This document shows positions 17,655-27,500 of a stretch of 45,100 nt of DNA, piece after piece (position 1 is the first letter of the stretch; every line of letters begins with the position of its first letter). Where the stretch lies: contig CALCNF010000177.1 in assembly GCA_937897815.1 (NCBI GenBank), positions 1 through 45,100 on the forward strand, given 5' to 3'. Source of the stretch: an uncultured Pseudomonadota bacterium. GTDB lineage: Bacteria > Myxococcota_A > UBA9042 > PHBI01 > CALCNF01. Position numbers and translations under genes: made by a program. Under the pieces are notes generated by a model. It did no database searches, was not told the origin of the DNA, and saw nothing but the letters and a program-made list of their open reading frames with translations.

Positions 17655-19933
17655 GGGGTCGCTGCCGCGCCCAGGCCCAGCTCAGCCTCGGTCATCTCAG
17701 CTTTGCACGACGGACAGATCAACAGCACCCGTCGCTCATCCCGCCCGCGAACCTTACGGTCGACATGGGGGTGCCCGCAGCTGGGGCAAGCCACAGGAAT
17801 CGGCTGATCCCACTGCGCGTAGTCACACTTCGGGTACTGGTCACAGGCGTAGAAGATCTTACCGCGGCGCGACTGCTTCTCGATGATCGCTCCCGAGTCA
17901 CACTGGGCACAGCCCACGCCGGTCTTCACGGGCTCCGTGTGCTTGCAGGTCGGGTAGTTGGTGCACCCGACAAAGCGACCGAAGCGGCCAGCCTTGTAGA
18001 TCAGTTCTCCGTCATCACAGGCGGAACAGTCGCTGCCGACTCGCTCCTCCTCTCGGATCTTCACGGAGCCATCGTCCTGTCGATCGTACTCGCTGGTGAA
18101 CGTGCACTCCGGGTACTGCTTGCAGGCCAGGAACGAGCCGTTCTTTCCGAACTTGATCACGAGCCTGGTCTCGGAGCAGCGGGGACAATCGAGGTCCGTA
18201 GGCTTCTCCTCGCGCTTCACGTCGCGCATCTCGGACTCGGCCGTCTTCAGCGTCGCGCTGAAGTCGGTCCAGAAAGTGCCGAGCAGATCTCGCCAGTTCT
18301 CACGCCCGTCCTCCACGGCGTCGAGGCGATCCTCCATCCGCGCGGTAAAGCCCACGTCGAACAGCTGCGGGAAAGACTCCACGAGCAGATCCGTGACGAC
18401 GAGTCCCAGCTCGCTTGGATGGAATCGTGAGTCTTTCTTCTCGGCGTAGGTCTTGTCCTGAATGGTCGAGATGATGGAGGCGTAGGTCGATGGCCGGCCG
18501 ATGCCCTGCTCCTCAAGCTCCTTGACGAGGGTCGCCTCGGTGAAGCGCGCCGGGGGCTTCGTGAAGTGCTGCGTCGCCTCAATGTTCAACGCCTTGAGCT
18601 CCTGACCCGCCACCAGCTTCGGCAGCGTCGCGTCGCTCTCCTCGGTCTCATCGATCCCCTTGGCCGCTCGAAAGACCGCCTGGTGGCCGGCGAAGATCAA
18701 CACCGAGCCGGTGGAGCGCAGGGTGTAGCCCCCTGGAGCCGCGATATCGACGCGGGTCTGAGCGTAGCGGGCGGGCGTCATCTGGCAGGCCACAAAACGG
18801 TTCCAGATCAGTCGGTAGAGCTTCAGCTCCTCGGGCTTGAGGAAGGAGGCGACCTTCTCCGGCGGGTGAGCCAGAGACGTCGGGCGGATGGCCTCGTGAG
18901 CGTCCTGGGCTCGACCCTTCGTCTTGTACACGTTGGGCTTGGCGGGAAGGTACTCGGGACCGAAGGTCTCCTGAATGAAGGAGCGGACCCCGTTGATCGC
19001 GTCTCCAGAGATTCGGGTCGAGTCGGTTCGCATGTAGGTGATCAGACCCAGCGCACCCTCGCTGCCGAGCTCAACGCCCTCGTACAGACGCTGGGCGATC
19101 GACATGGTCCGCTTGGCGGTGAACCGGAAGGCCTTGCTGGCCTCCTGCTGGAGCCGGCTGGTCGTGAACGGAGCTCCTGGAGACTTCTTGCTCTCCCGCT
19201 CCTGAACCTCTTTGACCGAGAACGGACCGTTCTTGATGGTGTCGAGGATGCCGTTGGCGTCGTCGGCGTTCTTCGGCTCGACGCGCTCGCCGTTGAGCTG
19301 ATGCAGCTTACCCTTGAACTCGGGCTTCTCTCCGCTGTCGAAGATGCCCTCGATTCGCCAGTACTCCTCGGGGACAAACGCGATCACCTCGCGCTCACGC
19401 TCAACGATGATGCGGACCGCCACGGACTGAACGCGGCCCGCAGAGAGGCCACGACGGACCTTCTGCCAGAGCAGCGGGCTGATTCGGTAGCCCACGAGTC
19501 GATCGAGGATTCGTCGAGCCTGCTGGCTGTTGAAACGGTTCTGATTCAGGGTCAGGGGCGAATCCAGGGCCTTGCGAATCGCCGAAGCGGTGATCTCATT
19601 AAAGAGCACCCGCTTAATCTTCTCATCGGGAAGCTGGAGCTCGCTGGCGATATGCCAGGCGATCGCCTCTCCTTCGCGATCCGGGTCAGGGGCCAGGTAG
19701 ACCATGTCGGCCGTCTTGGCCGCCGCGCGAATCTCCTGAAGCACCTTGCCCTTGCCTCGAATGGTCTCGTACTTCGGCTTGAAACCGTCGTCGACGTCCA
19801 CGCCGATATCACCCTTAGGCAGGTCCTTCACGTGACCAACGCTGGCCTTCACATCGAAGTCCTTGCCCAGGTACTTCTTGATCGTGCGGGCTTTCGCCGG
19901 ACTCTCCACCACCACCAGTGCCTTTTGGGCCAT
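17651..19933 (-). CDS. topA: DNA topoisomerase I
   Basis: TOPRIM N-terminus LVVVESPAKARTIKKYLG, active-site Tyr region GLITYMRTDS, and four C-terminal Cys4 zinc-ribbon motifs. Confidence 0.95.
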   Translation of the reverse strand: MAQKALVVVESPAKARTIKKYLGKDFDVKASVGHVKDLPKGDIGVDVDDGFKPKYETIRGKGKVLQEIRAAAKTADMVYLAPDPDREGEAIAWHIASELQLPDEKIKRVLFNEITASAIRKALDSPLTLNQNRFNSQQARRILDRLVGYRISPLLWQKVRRGLSAGRVQSVAVRIIVEREREVIAFVPEEYWRIEGIFDSGEKPEFKGKLHQLNGERVEPKNADDANGILDTIKNGPFSVKEVQERESKKSPGAPFTTSRLQQEASKAFRFTAKRTMSIAQRLYEGVELGSEGALGLITYMRTDSTRISGDAINGVRSFIQETFGPEYLPAKPNVYKTKGRAQDAHEAIRPTSLAHPPEKVASFLKPEELKLYRLIWNRFVACQMTPARYAQTRVDIAAPGGYTLRSTGSVLIFAGHQAVFRAAKGIDETEESDATLPKLVAGQELKALNIEATQHFTKPPARFTEATLVKELEEQGIGRPSTYASIISTIQDKTYAEKKDSRFHPSELGLVVTDLLVESFPQLFDVGFTARMEDRLDAVEDGRENWRDLLGTFWTDFSATLKTAESEMRDVKREEKPTDLDCPRCSETRLVIKFGKNGSFLACKQYPECTFTSEYDRQDDGSVKIREEERVGSDCSACDDGELIYKAGRFGRFVGCTNYPTCKHTEPVKTGVGCAQCDSGAIIEKQSRRGKIFYACDQYPKCDYAQWDQPIPVACPSCGHPHVDRKVRGRDERRVLLICPSCKAEMTEAELGLGAAATP

Positions 19934-20002
19934 CTCTGATTCCTGATCCCTATATAGGGTGTCTGGGTTCTTGTGTGCGGCGCGGGATGCGGAACACCCG
20001 GT

Positions 20003-20893
20003 CTAACGCAAGCGGTAGGAGCCCTGTCGCTCCGTGACGACTCCGGCGATCTCAAGCTCAACCAGGAGCGCCGTCACCACTTGTATAGGGAGCCTCGTTA
20101 GCCGCGAAAACCCGGCAAGGTCAAGCATCTGATGTTCAATTAGGACCTCAAGCATGACCTCCCCTTCGGGGGTACCTGTAACCGAGTCCACGAATTTTTC
20201 ACCAACGGGCTCTTCGAACGGAGCGTCCATGAGGCGGTTTGTGATCGGCCATTCCTGACCGCCTGTCTTGCCCAGTGCGCGACGAAGGGAGCGCCCCCCC
20301 GTCATGGGCAGCGCTCCTCGAGCCAGCAGGCCATGGGGTCCTTGAGAGAGCGACTGTCCGACCGGCCCCGGCACCGCGAGGACGGGGCGACCCAAGCTCA
20401 AGGCCACCCGAGCCGTGGTGTGAGCTCCGCTTCGCGCCCGGGACCGAGCGACGATCACCGCCGCGCTGAGCTCTGCTATCAGATGATTGCGCTCGAGAAA
20501 GCGATGGGGGCGCGGGGGCGTGCCGGGCGCGTAGGCCGTGACGAGCGCGCCTCCCGCGGACACGATGTCCTCGAAAAGAGCGCTGTGGGCCGCCGGGTAC
20601 GGGCGGTCGAGACCTCCCGCAAGCACGACAGCCGTGTGACCGCCCGAGCGCAGGGCCTCCAGATGAGCCGCCCGATCACAGCCCTCGGCGCCGCCGCTGA
20701 TGACCGAGTGGCCCAGGGCGCCGGCCTCCCGAGCGCTCCACGCCGCGACCTGCAAGCCGTAAGGATCCGAGGCTCGGGCGCCCACAACCGCGACCCCTGG
20801 AGCACCCGGAGGGACGCCGCGTATCCAAAGCGGCCCGCGATCGGCGAGCCACGGGGGATTCCAGCGGCGAGCGTCATCCATCCGAATCTTCAT
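20003..20893 (-). CDS. dprA: DNA processing protein DprA (Rossmann core plus C-terminal winged helix; no N-terminal SAM-like domain)
   Basis: VAVVGARASDPYG, ISGGAEGCDRAAH, and a C-terminal WH-like VVTALLVELEIAGVV. ATG at 20893 is preceded by AGGGAGG with a 5-nt spacer. The track start at 20899 is a GTG two codons upstream. Confidence 0.85.
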   Translation of the reverse strand: MKIRMDDARRWNPPWLADRGPLWIRGVPPGAPGVAVVGARASDPYGLQVAAWSAREAGALGHSVISGGAEGCDRAAHLEALRSGGHTAVVLAGGLDRPYPAAHSALFEDIVSAGGALVTAYAPGTPPRPHRFLERNHLIAELSAAVIVARSRARSGAHTTARVALSLGRPVLAVPGPVGQSLSQGPHGLLARGALPMTGGRSLRRALGKTGGQEWPITNRLMDAPFEEPVGEKFVDSVTGTPEGEVMLEVLIEHQMLDLAGFSRLTRLPIQVVTALLVELEIAGVVTERQGSYRLR

Positions 20894-21068
20894 GAACACC
20901 TCCCTTTATAAGGGAGAGAGGGACGGTCGAGTTCGTTGCGACGGATCGAACCCAACCCAGCCAGTCCTAAGGATGGGGTCAACGGCTCTTGACCCTGCCG
21001 AAGGTAGCCACTATTCAAAACTCCCTTCTTTGCGCAGTGGACGCTTTTCCACCAATGGAGTGATGCTC

Positions 21069-23432
21069 ATGACGTCTCCCATCCGTAAGGTCGCGGTTCT
21101 CGGTTCAGGAGTGATGGGCTCCGGCATCGCCGCTCATCTCGCCTCGTGCGGAATCCAGACCCTGCTCCTCGACATCGTGCCGCCCGGGCTGGACGCCGAC
21201 GCGCCGCTCGCCGACCGAAACAGCTTCGCGGCCAAGGGGCTCGCGGCCGCGCTGAAGTCCAAGCCCAACGTCTTCGTCGACACCTCAGCTGCGTCCCTGA
21301 TCGCCGTCGGTAACCTCACCGACGACCTGGAGCAGATCAGCTCCTGTGACTGGGTGATCGAGGTCGTCAAAGAGGACCTGAGCATCAAGCGTGACCTCCT
21401 CGAGCGCGTCGAGGGGCACTGGACCCCGGGCACGCTGGTCACGACAAACACGAGCGGCCTTTCCATCGAAGCCATGCTCGAGGGGCGGAGCGAGGCCTTC
21501 TCAGAGCACTTCTTCGGGACCCACTTCTTCAACCCGGTGCGCTACATGCACCTCCTCGAGTTGATCCCCGGTCCGAGCACCCGCGGCGCGTTCATCGAGC
21601 AGATCGCTCGGTTCTCCAGCGAGGTCCTGGGCAAAGGCGTGGTCTACGCGAAGGACACGCCGAACTTCATCGCCAACCGAATCGGCGTCTACTCCATGAT
21701 GGCCACGCTGCACGCCATGCTGGAGCTCGACTATACGCCCGAAGAGGTCGACGCGATCGTCGGAACACCGATGGGTCGGCCGAAGTCGGCCGCCTTCCGG
21801 ACCATGGACATCGTCGGGATCGACACCTTCGTCCACGTGGCCCAGAACTGCTACGACGCCCTCCCGAATGACCCGGAGCGCCACCTGTTTGAGGTGCCTG
21901 GATTCCTGCGCGCCATGGTCGAAAAGGGCCTCCTGGGGCAGAAGAGCAAGGCGGGCGTGTACAAGAAGGTCGGTAAGGAGATCTCAACGCTCGACTTTAC
22001 GACCCTGGAGTATCGCGAGAAGCGACGCCCCGATCTGCCCGTCCTCAAGGAGCTCAAGCGGATCGAGGATCCAGGAAAGCGCCTCGCTGCGCTCCTGAAA
22101 GACGAGGGGCGAGCCGGCTCCTTCGCGTGGCACGTCCTCAAAGGGATGCTGGCCTACGCGGCGAACATCGCGACGGACATCGCCGACGACGTCGCCAACA
22201 TCGATCGAGGCATGCGCTGGGGATTCAACTGGGATCTGGGTCCCTTCGAGACCTGGCAGGCGCTGGGCGTCGAGGAGACCGCGGCGCGACTGCGGGCGGA
22301 CGGCGTCGAGCTGCCCGCCTGGATCGATGACGCCATCGAGGCGGGCGGATTCTACGGGGAGCGCGATGGCGCACCGTGGTGCTGGGCGCCGGGCGGCGGC
22401 GTCATCGACGAGCCCGCGATCCCGGGTCTGCTCTCCCTGGACCGCACCAAGAGCGCTCAGGGTGTCGTGGAGCGCAACCGAGGCGCCTCCCTGATCGACC
22501 TGGGTGACGGCATCGCGTGCCTGGAGTTCCACACAAAGATGAACACGGTGGACGACGACCTCGTCCAGATGATGAACACCGCCGCGGACATCGTAGAGCG
22601 TGACTTCGACGGTCTGGTCCTCGCGAACGAGGCGCCCAACTTCTCGGCGGGCGCCAACCTGATGATGGTCGTGATGTACGCCAACCAGGGGAAGTTCGAC
22701 GACATCGAGAACATGGTGAAGGCCTTTCAAGACGCCAACCAGCGCATGACCTATCTGGCAAAGCCGGTGGTCGCCGCTCCCCATGGCCTCACCCTCGGCG
22801 GAGGCTGTGAGATGGCCCTCGCGGCCGACTGCATGATGGTCGACAAGGAGACCTACATGGGCCTCGTAGAGGTCGGTGTAGGTCTGATCCCGGGAGGCGT
22901 CGGCACCCTGAATCTCCTCAAGCGCGCCTTTCGTGGTGTGCCGGCGAAGGGCGGCTTCGACCGCTTCGCCCTGGTTCAGCGGGTGTTTGAGACCATCGCC
23001 ATGGCGAAGGTCGCGACCGGAGGCGGTGAGGTCTTCTCTCTGGGCTTCGGCTCCCACACAGACGAGATCGTCATGAACCGTGATCGGCGCGTCCGAGACG
23101 CGAAGCTCAGAGCTCGCTACATGGCCGATCGAGGCTACACGGCGCCGCGACCGGCGGAGAACCTGGTCCTCCCCGGCGCGACCGGATCGGCCACCCTGGA
23201 CTTTGGCGTCTACGGCATGGCCCAGGGCGGGTTCGTCTCTGAGCACGACCAGCTGATCGCCTCCAAGCTCGCCAACGTCCTGTGCGGCGGCCAGACCAAC
23301 GGGCGAAGCCCAGTGAGCGAGGAGCACGTCCTCGACCTGGAGCGCGAGGCCTTCATGAGCCTCGTCGGTGAGCCCAAGACGATCGAGCGCATGCAGTACA
23401 TGCTCATGAACAACAAGCCGCTCCGAAACTAG
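21069..23432 (+). CDS. fadN: Bifunctional 3-hydroxyacyl-CoA dehydrogenase / enoyl-CoA hydratase (FadN-type domain order)
   Basis: N-terminal NAD fold [17 protein letters not shown] and a C-terminal crotonase fold ([13 protein letters not shown]). ATG at 21069 follows GGAG by 9 nt. The track start at 20892 adds about 59 non-homologous residues overlapping the dprA start. Confidence 0.88.
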   Translation: MTSPIRKVAVLGSGVMGSGIAAHLASCGIQTLLLDIVPPGLDADAPLADRNSFAAKGLAAALKSKPNVFVDTSAASLIAVGNLTDDLEQISSCDWVIEVVKEDLSIKRDLLERVEGHWTPGTLVTTNTSGLSIEAMLEGRSEAFSEHFFGTHFFNPVRYMHLLELIPGPSTRGAFIEQIARFSSEVLGKGVVYAKDTPNFIANRIGVYSMMATLHAMLELDYTPEEVDAIVGTPMGRPKSAAFRTMDIVGIDTFVHVAQNCYDALPNDPERHLFEVPGFLRAMVEKGLLGQKSKAGVYKKVGKEISTLDFTTLEYREKRRPDLPVLKELKRIEDPGKRLAALLKDEGRAGSFAWHVLKGMLAYAANIATDIADDVANIDRGMRWGFNWDLGPFETWQALGVEETAARLRADGVELPAWIDDAIEAGGFYGERDGAPWCWAPGGGVIDEPAIPGLLSLDRTKSAQGVVERNRGASLIDLGDGIACLEFHTKMNTVDDDLVQMMNTAADIVERDFDGLVLANEAPNFSAGANLMMVVMYANQGKFDDIENMVKAFQDANQRMTYLAKPVVAAPHGLTLGGGCEMALAADCMMVDKETYMGLVEVGVGLIPGGVGTLNLLKRAFRGVPAKGGFDRFALVQRVFETIAMAKVATGGGEVFSLGFGSHTDEIVMNRDRRVRDAKLRARYMADRGYTAPRPAENLVLPGATGSATLDFGVYGMAQGGFVSEHDQLIASKLANVLCGGQTNGRSPVSEEHVLDLEREAFMSLVGEPKTIERMQYMLMNNKPLRN

Positions 23433-23437
23433 AGGGG

Positions 23438-24574
23438 ATGAAGATGAGAGAAGCAGTCATCGCCAGCGCCGTGCGCACGCCCGCCGGCCGCGCCATCAAG
23501 GGCAGCTACCGCGACACCCGACCCGAAGATCTTGCGGCCGTAGCGGTCCGCGAAGCCATGGCGCGCGTTCCGGGCCTGAGCGGCTCTGAGATCGACGACG
23601 TGATCCTGGGCTGCGCCATGCCTGAGGGTCAGCAGGGGCTCAACATCGCCCGGACGGTAGGGCTCCTGGCGGGCCTCCCGGTCGAGGTTCCCGGGCAGAC
23701 GGTCAACCGGTTCTGCTCGAGCGGACTCCAAACCATCGCCAGCGCGGCCGAGCGCATCATGGCCGGCTTCGCCGACGCCATCGTCGCGGGCGGCGTTGAG
23801 TCCATGAGCGCCGTTCCCATGGGCGGACACACGCCGCGACCGCACCCACAGACCGTGGCGGAGAACCCCGCGCTTTTCATGCCCATGGGCATCACCGCGG
23901 AGGTCGTGGCGGAGCGCTACGAGGTGAGCCGCGAGGACCAGGACGCCTTCGCTCTTTCGAGCCATCAGAAGGCTACGGACGCCATCTCGAGCGGCCGCTT
24001 CTCCGATGAGCTCGTCGCCTTTGGAGGGCTCGAGGTGGACGAGGGCCCCCGCGCGGACACGACCCTGGAGCGGCTCGCCAAGCTGCGCCCTGTCTTCAAG
24101 ATGGGTGGAACGGTCACCGCAGGCAACAGCTCTCAGATGAGCGACGGAGCCGCCGCGGCCGTGGTGCTCAGCCGAGAGAAGGCCGAGGCCCTGGGCGTGG
24201 AGATCCTGGCCGTGATGCGCGGCTTCGCTGTCGCGGGCGTCAACCCGGACGAGATGGGGATCGGCCCTGTCGCCGCGGTGCCCAAGCTCCTCGAGCAGAC
24301 CGGCGTCGCCATCGAGGACATCGATCTCTTCGAGCTCAACGAGGCCTTCGCCTCTCAATCGCTCTACTGCATGCGAAAGCTCGGCGTCGATCCGGCCCGC
24401 GTGAACGTCAACGGCGGCGCCATCGCCCTGGGACACCCTCTGGGCTGCACCGGGACGAAGCTCACGGCGACGCTCCTGCACGAGATGAAGCGTCGAGACG
24501 CCCGCTACGGGATCGTGACCATGTGCATCGGCGGCGGAATGGGCGCAGCGGGGCTGTTTGAGCGCACCCCGTAG
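23438..24574 (+). CDS. fadA: Acetyl-CoA C-acyltransferase (thiolase)
   Basis: Active-site Cys region [10 protein letters not shown], the C-terminal [17 protein letters not shown], and CIGGGMG. Confidence 0.93.
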   Translation: MKMREAVIASAVRTPAGRAIKGSYRDTRPEDLAAVAVREAMARVPGLSGSEIDDVILGCAMPEGQQGLNIARTVGLLAGLPVEVPGQTVNRFCSSGLQTIASAAERIMAGFADAIVAGGVESMSAVPMGGHTPRPHPQTVAENPALFMPMGITAEVVAERYEVSREDQDAFALSSHQKATDAISSGRFSDELVAFGGLEVDEGPRADTTLERLAKLRPVFKMGGTVTAGNSSQMSDGAAAAVVLSREKAEALGVEILAVMRGFAVAGVNPDEMGIGPVAAVPKLLEQTGVAIEDIDLFELNEAFASQSLYCMRKLGVDPARVNVNGGAIALGHPLGCTGTKLTATLLHEMKRRDARYGIVTMCIGGGMGAAGLFERTP

Positions 24575-24580
24575 GCGTCC

Positions 24581-27500
24581 TCAGTAGGCGCCCGTGATGC
24601 GCAGATAGACCCCGCCGTCCGACACGTCATCGAGGGTCGGCTCCAAGGTGCGCGGGATGGCGCTGAAGTCGTAACCCAGGGCCACACGCATGTGCCTCAG
24701 GTACGGGCTCTTGCTCGCCAGGTGCCGCCCGGGCGCGTAGGCGATCTCGGCCAGGTAGCCGTGATGCATGGCGTCGTCTCCGGACAGCATGGCCAGGAGG
24801 CGGTACTCGAGAGAGAGATCGAGGTAGTGGAGCATTCGATAGCCGAGCCTGTGGATCGACAGGAGGTCCTGAGCGCGGCTGGTCAGGGTCTCAGAGTCTG
24901 AGCTCTCCCCGACCGGCGAGAGCCACTTTCGATACCGGTAGACCGCGTGCTCCGTGAGCTCAAGCCCCCTCGGGAGCTCGATGATCGCCCCGACACCGAG
25001 GAGGTCGACGCTCTCCTTCTGGTCATGGGTCGCCGTGCCCTCTAGGCGCTCGACACCATCGGCGAAGGCGTAGCGACGCTGGTAGCGGCTCAGGCGGCCG
25101 GTGATCGTGAGCCAATCCGCCAGGCGCGGACGATGAATCCCCGCCAGAGTCAGCTCAAGACCCTCCCGCAGGACGTCGCGCGTCGCGAGGTTCTGGGTCA
25201 GATCGAAGTTGGCCATGAGCATGATGTTCGTGTCGCGCGAGAGGTTGAACGTGAGGCCGTTCAGGGCCACCGCCTGGACGGTCGTCGCCATGTCTTCGTC
25301 GGTCTCAATGGGCTCTTGATCCAACCGGAGCTCGTAGCGGCTGCCAAACTTCAGCCAGCTGATCGGCAGGATCTCCAGGCCGCCCGCGATCACGTCGCGC
25401 GAGCCGTCGCCCTGCAGTCCGCCGAAGGTCTGACTTCGCTCATAGGAGCCGGCCAGGGCCACTCCGTCAGCCACATGAACCTTCTTGGAGAGACCGAGAA
25501 CCGCGCGGTTGGTTCGACCGTTCACGCCATCATCGAGACGGTACTCGGAGTAGGAGCGCGCGCCGTTGGCCTGGCGCGTCTCTGCGCCGAGGACCGTAGA
25601 GGTGCCCATGGCACCCGAACCCGAACCGAGCTGCTGACCCACGTAGAGGTCGCTCTCCTCATCGAGCTTGGTCCGCACGCTGAACATGGTGGCGTTGTCC
25701 CCATCCCAGCGGACCGCCTCGGTCAGACCAACGCCGACGTCCTTGCTGGCCTGGTACGCGACGCCCACGCGTGTGGTGAGGCGGGGCATGGCTCCCTCAC
25801 CCCAGATCACGTCATCTCCCCCGAGGATCAGCTGCTGACCCAGCGTGGCTTTCAGGTCATCGCGCAGGCGCCAGGTTCCACCCAGGCCCAAGCCCTGGGT
25901 GTCGATGGTCTTCCCGTCAGCGGAGTCGCGGTGCTGACCTATGGCGACCTGGGTCTGAAGATCGAAACGCCCCATGGAGCGCGCATAGGTGCCGGTCGTT
26001 AGACTCCTCGTGTGCTGACGCAGCCCGTCCTCGAAGTCGTTGGGATCGTCGGGCGTGAGCGCCGTCTGATAATCAAACCTCAGGGCGATGGCGTCCTTCT
26101 TGGTCGGGTTCCAGCGGAGCAGGCCACCGGCCTTCTCGGTTCCCTGGTCCTGGATCTGACCCAGCGCGTTGAACTCAGGCTGGCGAACCTGCCACCAGGA
26201 CCGAAGCTTGAGATCGAGGTCATCGCGACCGGCGCTCTTACCGATGTCGCTCACCAGCTCGACGTTGAAGGCCATTCCCTCAGGACGGCGGGGCGTGATC
26301 CCGTTGGGATCGAGGGGCTCATGAGCGAGCTTCTCGTACCTCAGGCCGCCATCGTTGGAGCGATAGCTTGTGCCGTCGTATCCCGACGAGCCCGCGACCT
26401 CAGCCCGGATCATCGTGCCGTCGACCACCTTCGCCTCGATGCCGCCTCCATAGAGTTGGTAGGCCCCATCCCCAGCGTGGGTCTCGGTCACAAAGCCGCC
26501 GGTCACCGTGACCCGATCCGTGATCTTCTGGCGGACCTCGACGGCTCCGGCCAGCGCCCGATCCTTATCCAGCTCTGTGCTCTCATAATCGACGACGATC
26601 CACACCTCATGTCCGCCGTGCACCTGGGCACCAACGGTAGACAAGGGCTGCAACATCACGAGGTTATCGGATGACAAGACGGTCGAAGAGAGGGGCGCGG
26701 AGAGGGTGATACGACCCGATCGGTAGTCGATGCGGTAGTCCTCATCTCGCTTGAGCGCTCGCCGCTCAAGTTCAAGACGTGAGTCCCGCTCACGACGGAC
26801 GATCTGCACACGCTCGCTGCCCTGCAGCACATCCTGCCTGGAGAGATAGTAGAGGCTTCCACCGGTCGCCCGGAGCTCGTCGTGACCCCGCTTCAGACGA
26901 GAGGTGTCCTCGCTGACGAAGCCCTTGAGTTGGGTGTCGTAGCCCGGCGCGAAGGCGTGGTCGAGCTCGAGGAGCGCCCCGTAGAGCGCGCGGTTGTAGC
27001 GAACCAGGCCCAGCCCCTTGAGGTCGGGTCGCACGTTGCCCACGGTCAGCTTCGATCGGTCCGCACGCACCAGGACGTAGAGGGGGCCGCGCGACTGAAT
27101 ATGATCATCTTGTGCCTCATCGGCGAAGACGGCGTAGTCCCTGGACGGGTCGACGAGCTGGGCGTGAAAAGGCTGGAACTCGGGGTTCTTACCCGTGTCG
27201 AGGTGGGCGAGGACGAAGAGCTCTTCGGCGAGCTTCGTGCCTCGAATCCTTCCCTTGAAGGTCACCGCGGCACGACCTCCGACCGTCATGGAGTCTCCGA
27301 CCTTCCAGCTCGTGTTCGCCTTGGCGTCATCAAGGAGGTGGCCACCCAGAAGCTGTCCAGCGCCGTCCACGAGGGCCATGAGGAAGAACGACTCTTCGGT
27401 CACGGTGTAGCTTCGGGTGACGCGCGCCACGAATCCCAGGGCGTCCGTAGAGACGATCTCCAAGGCGCTCTCGCCCACGGGCATCGGGATCCGCTGAGCG

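Noticed and set aside
20943-20953. GGATCGAACCC resembling a tRNA T-arm in the dprA/fadN intergenic region
   Set aside because: I could not fold the flanking 70-90 nt into acceptor, D and anticodon stems, and there is no CCA-compatible acceptor pairing. It is probably a coincidence.
20976-21017. Hairpin GGGTCAA-N6-TTGACCC, and a TTGACC-17 nt-TATTCA promoter candidate upstream of the fadN-like gene
   Set aside because: The -35 is good, but the -10 lacks the highly conserved final T. Without TSS data I do not consider it supported enough to list as a feature.
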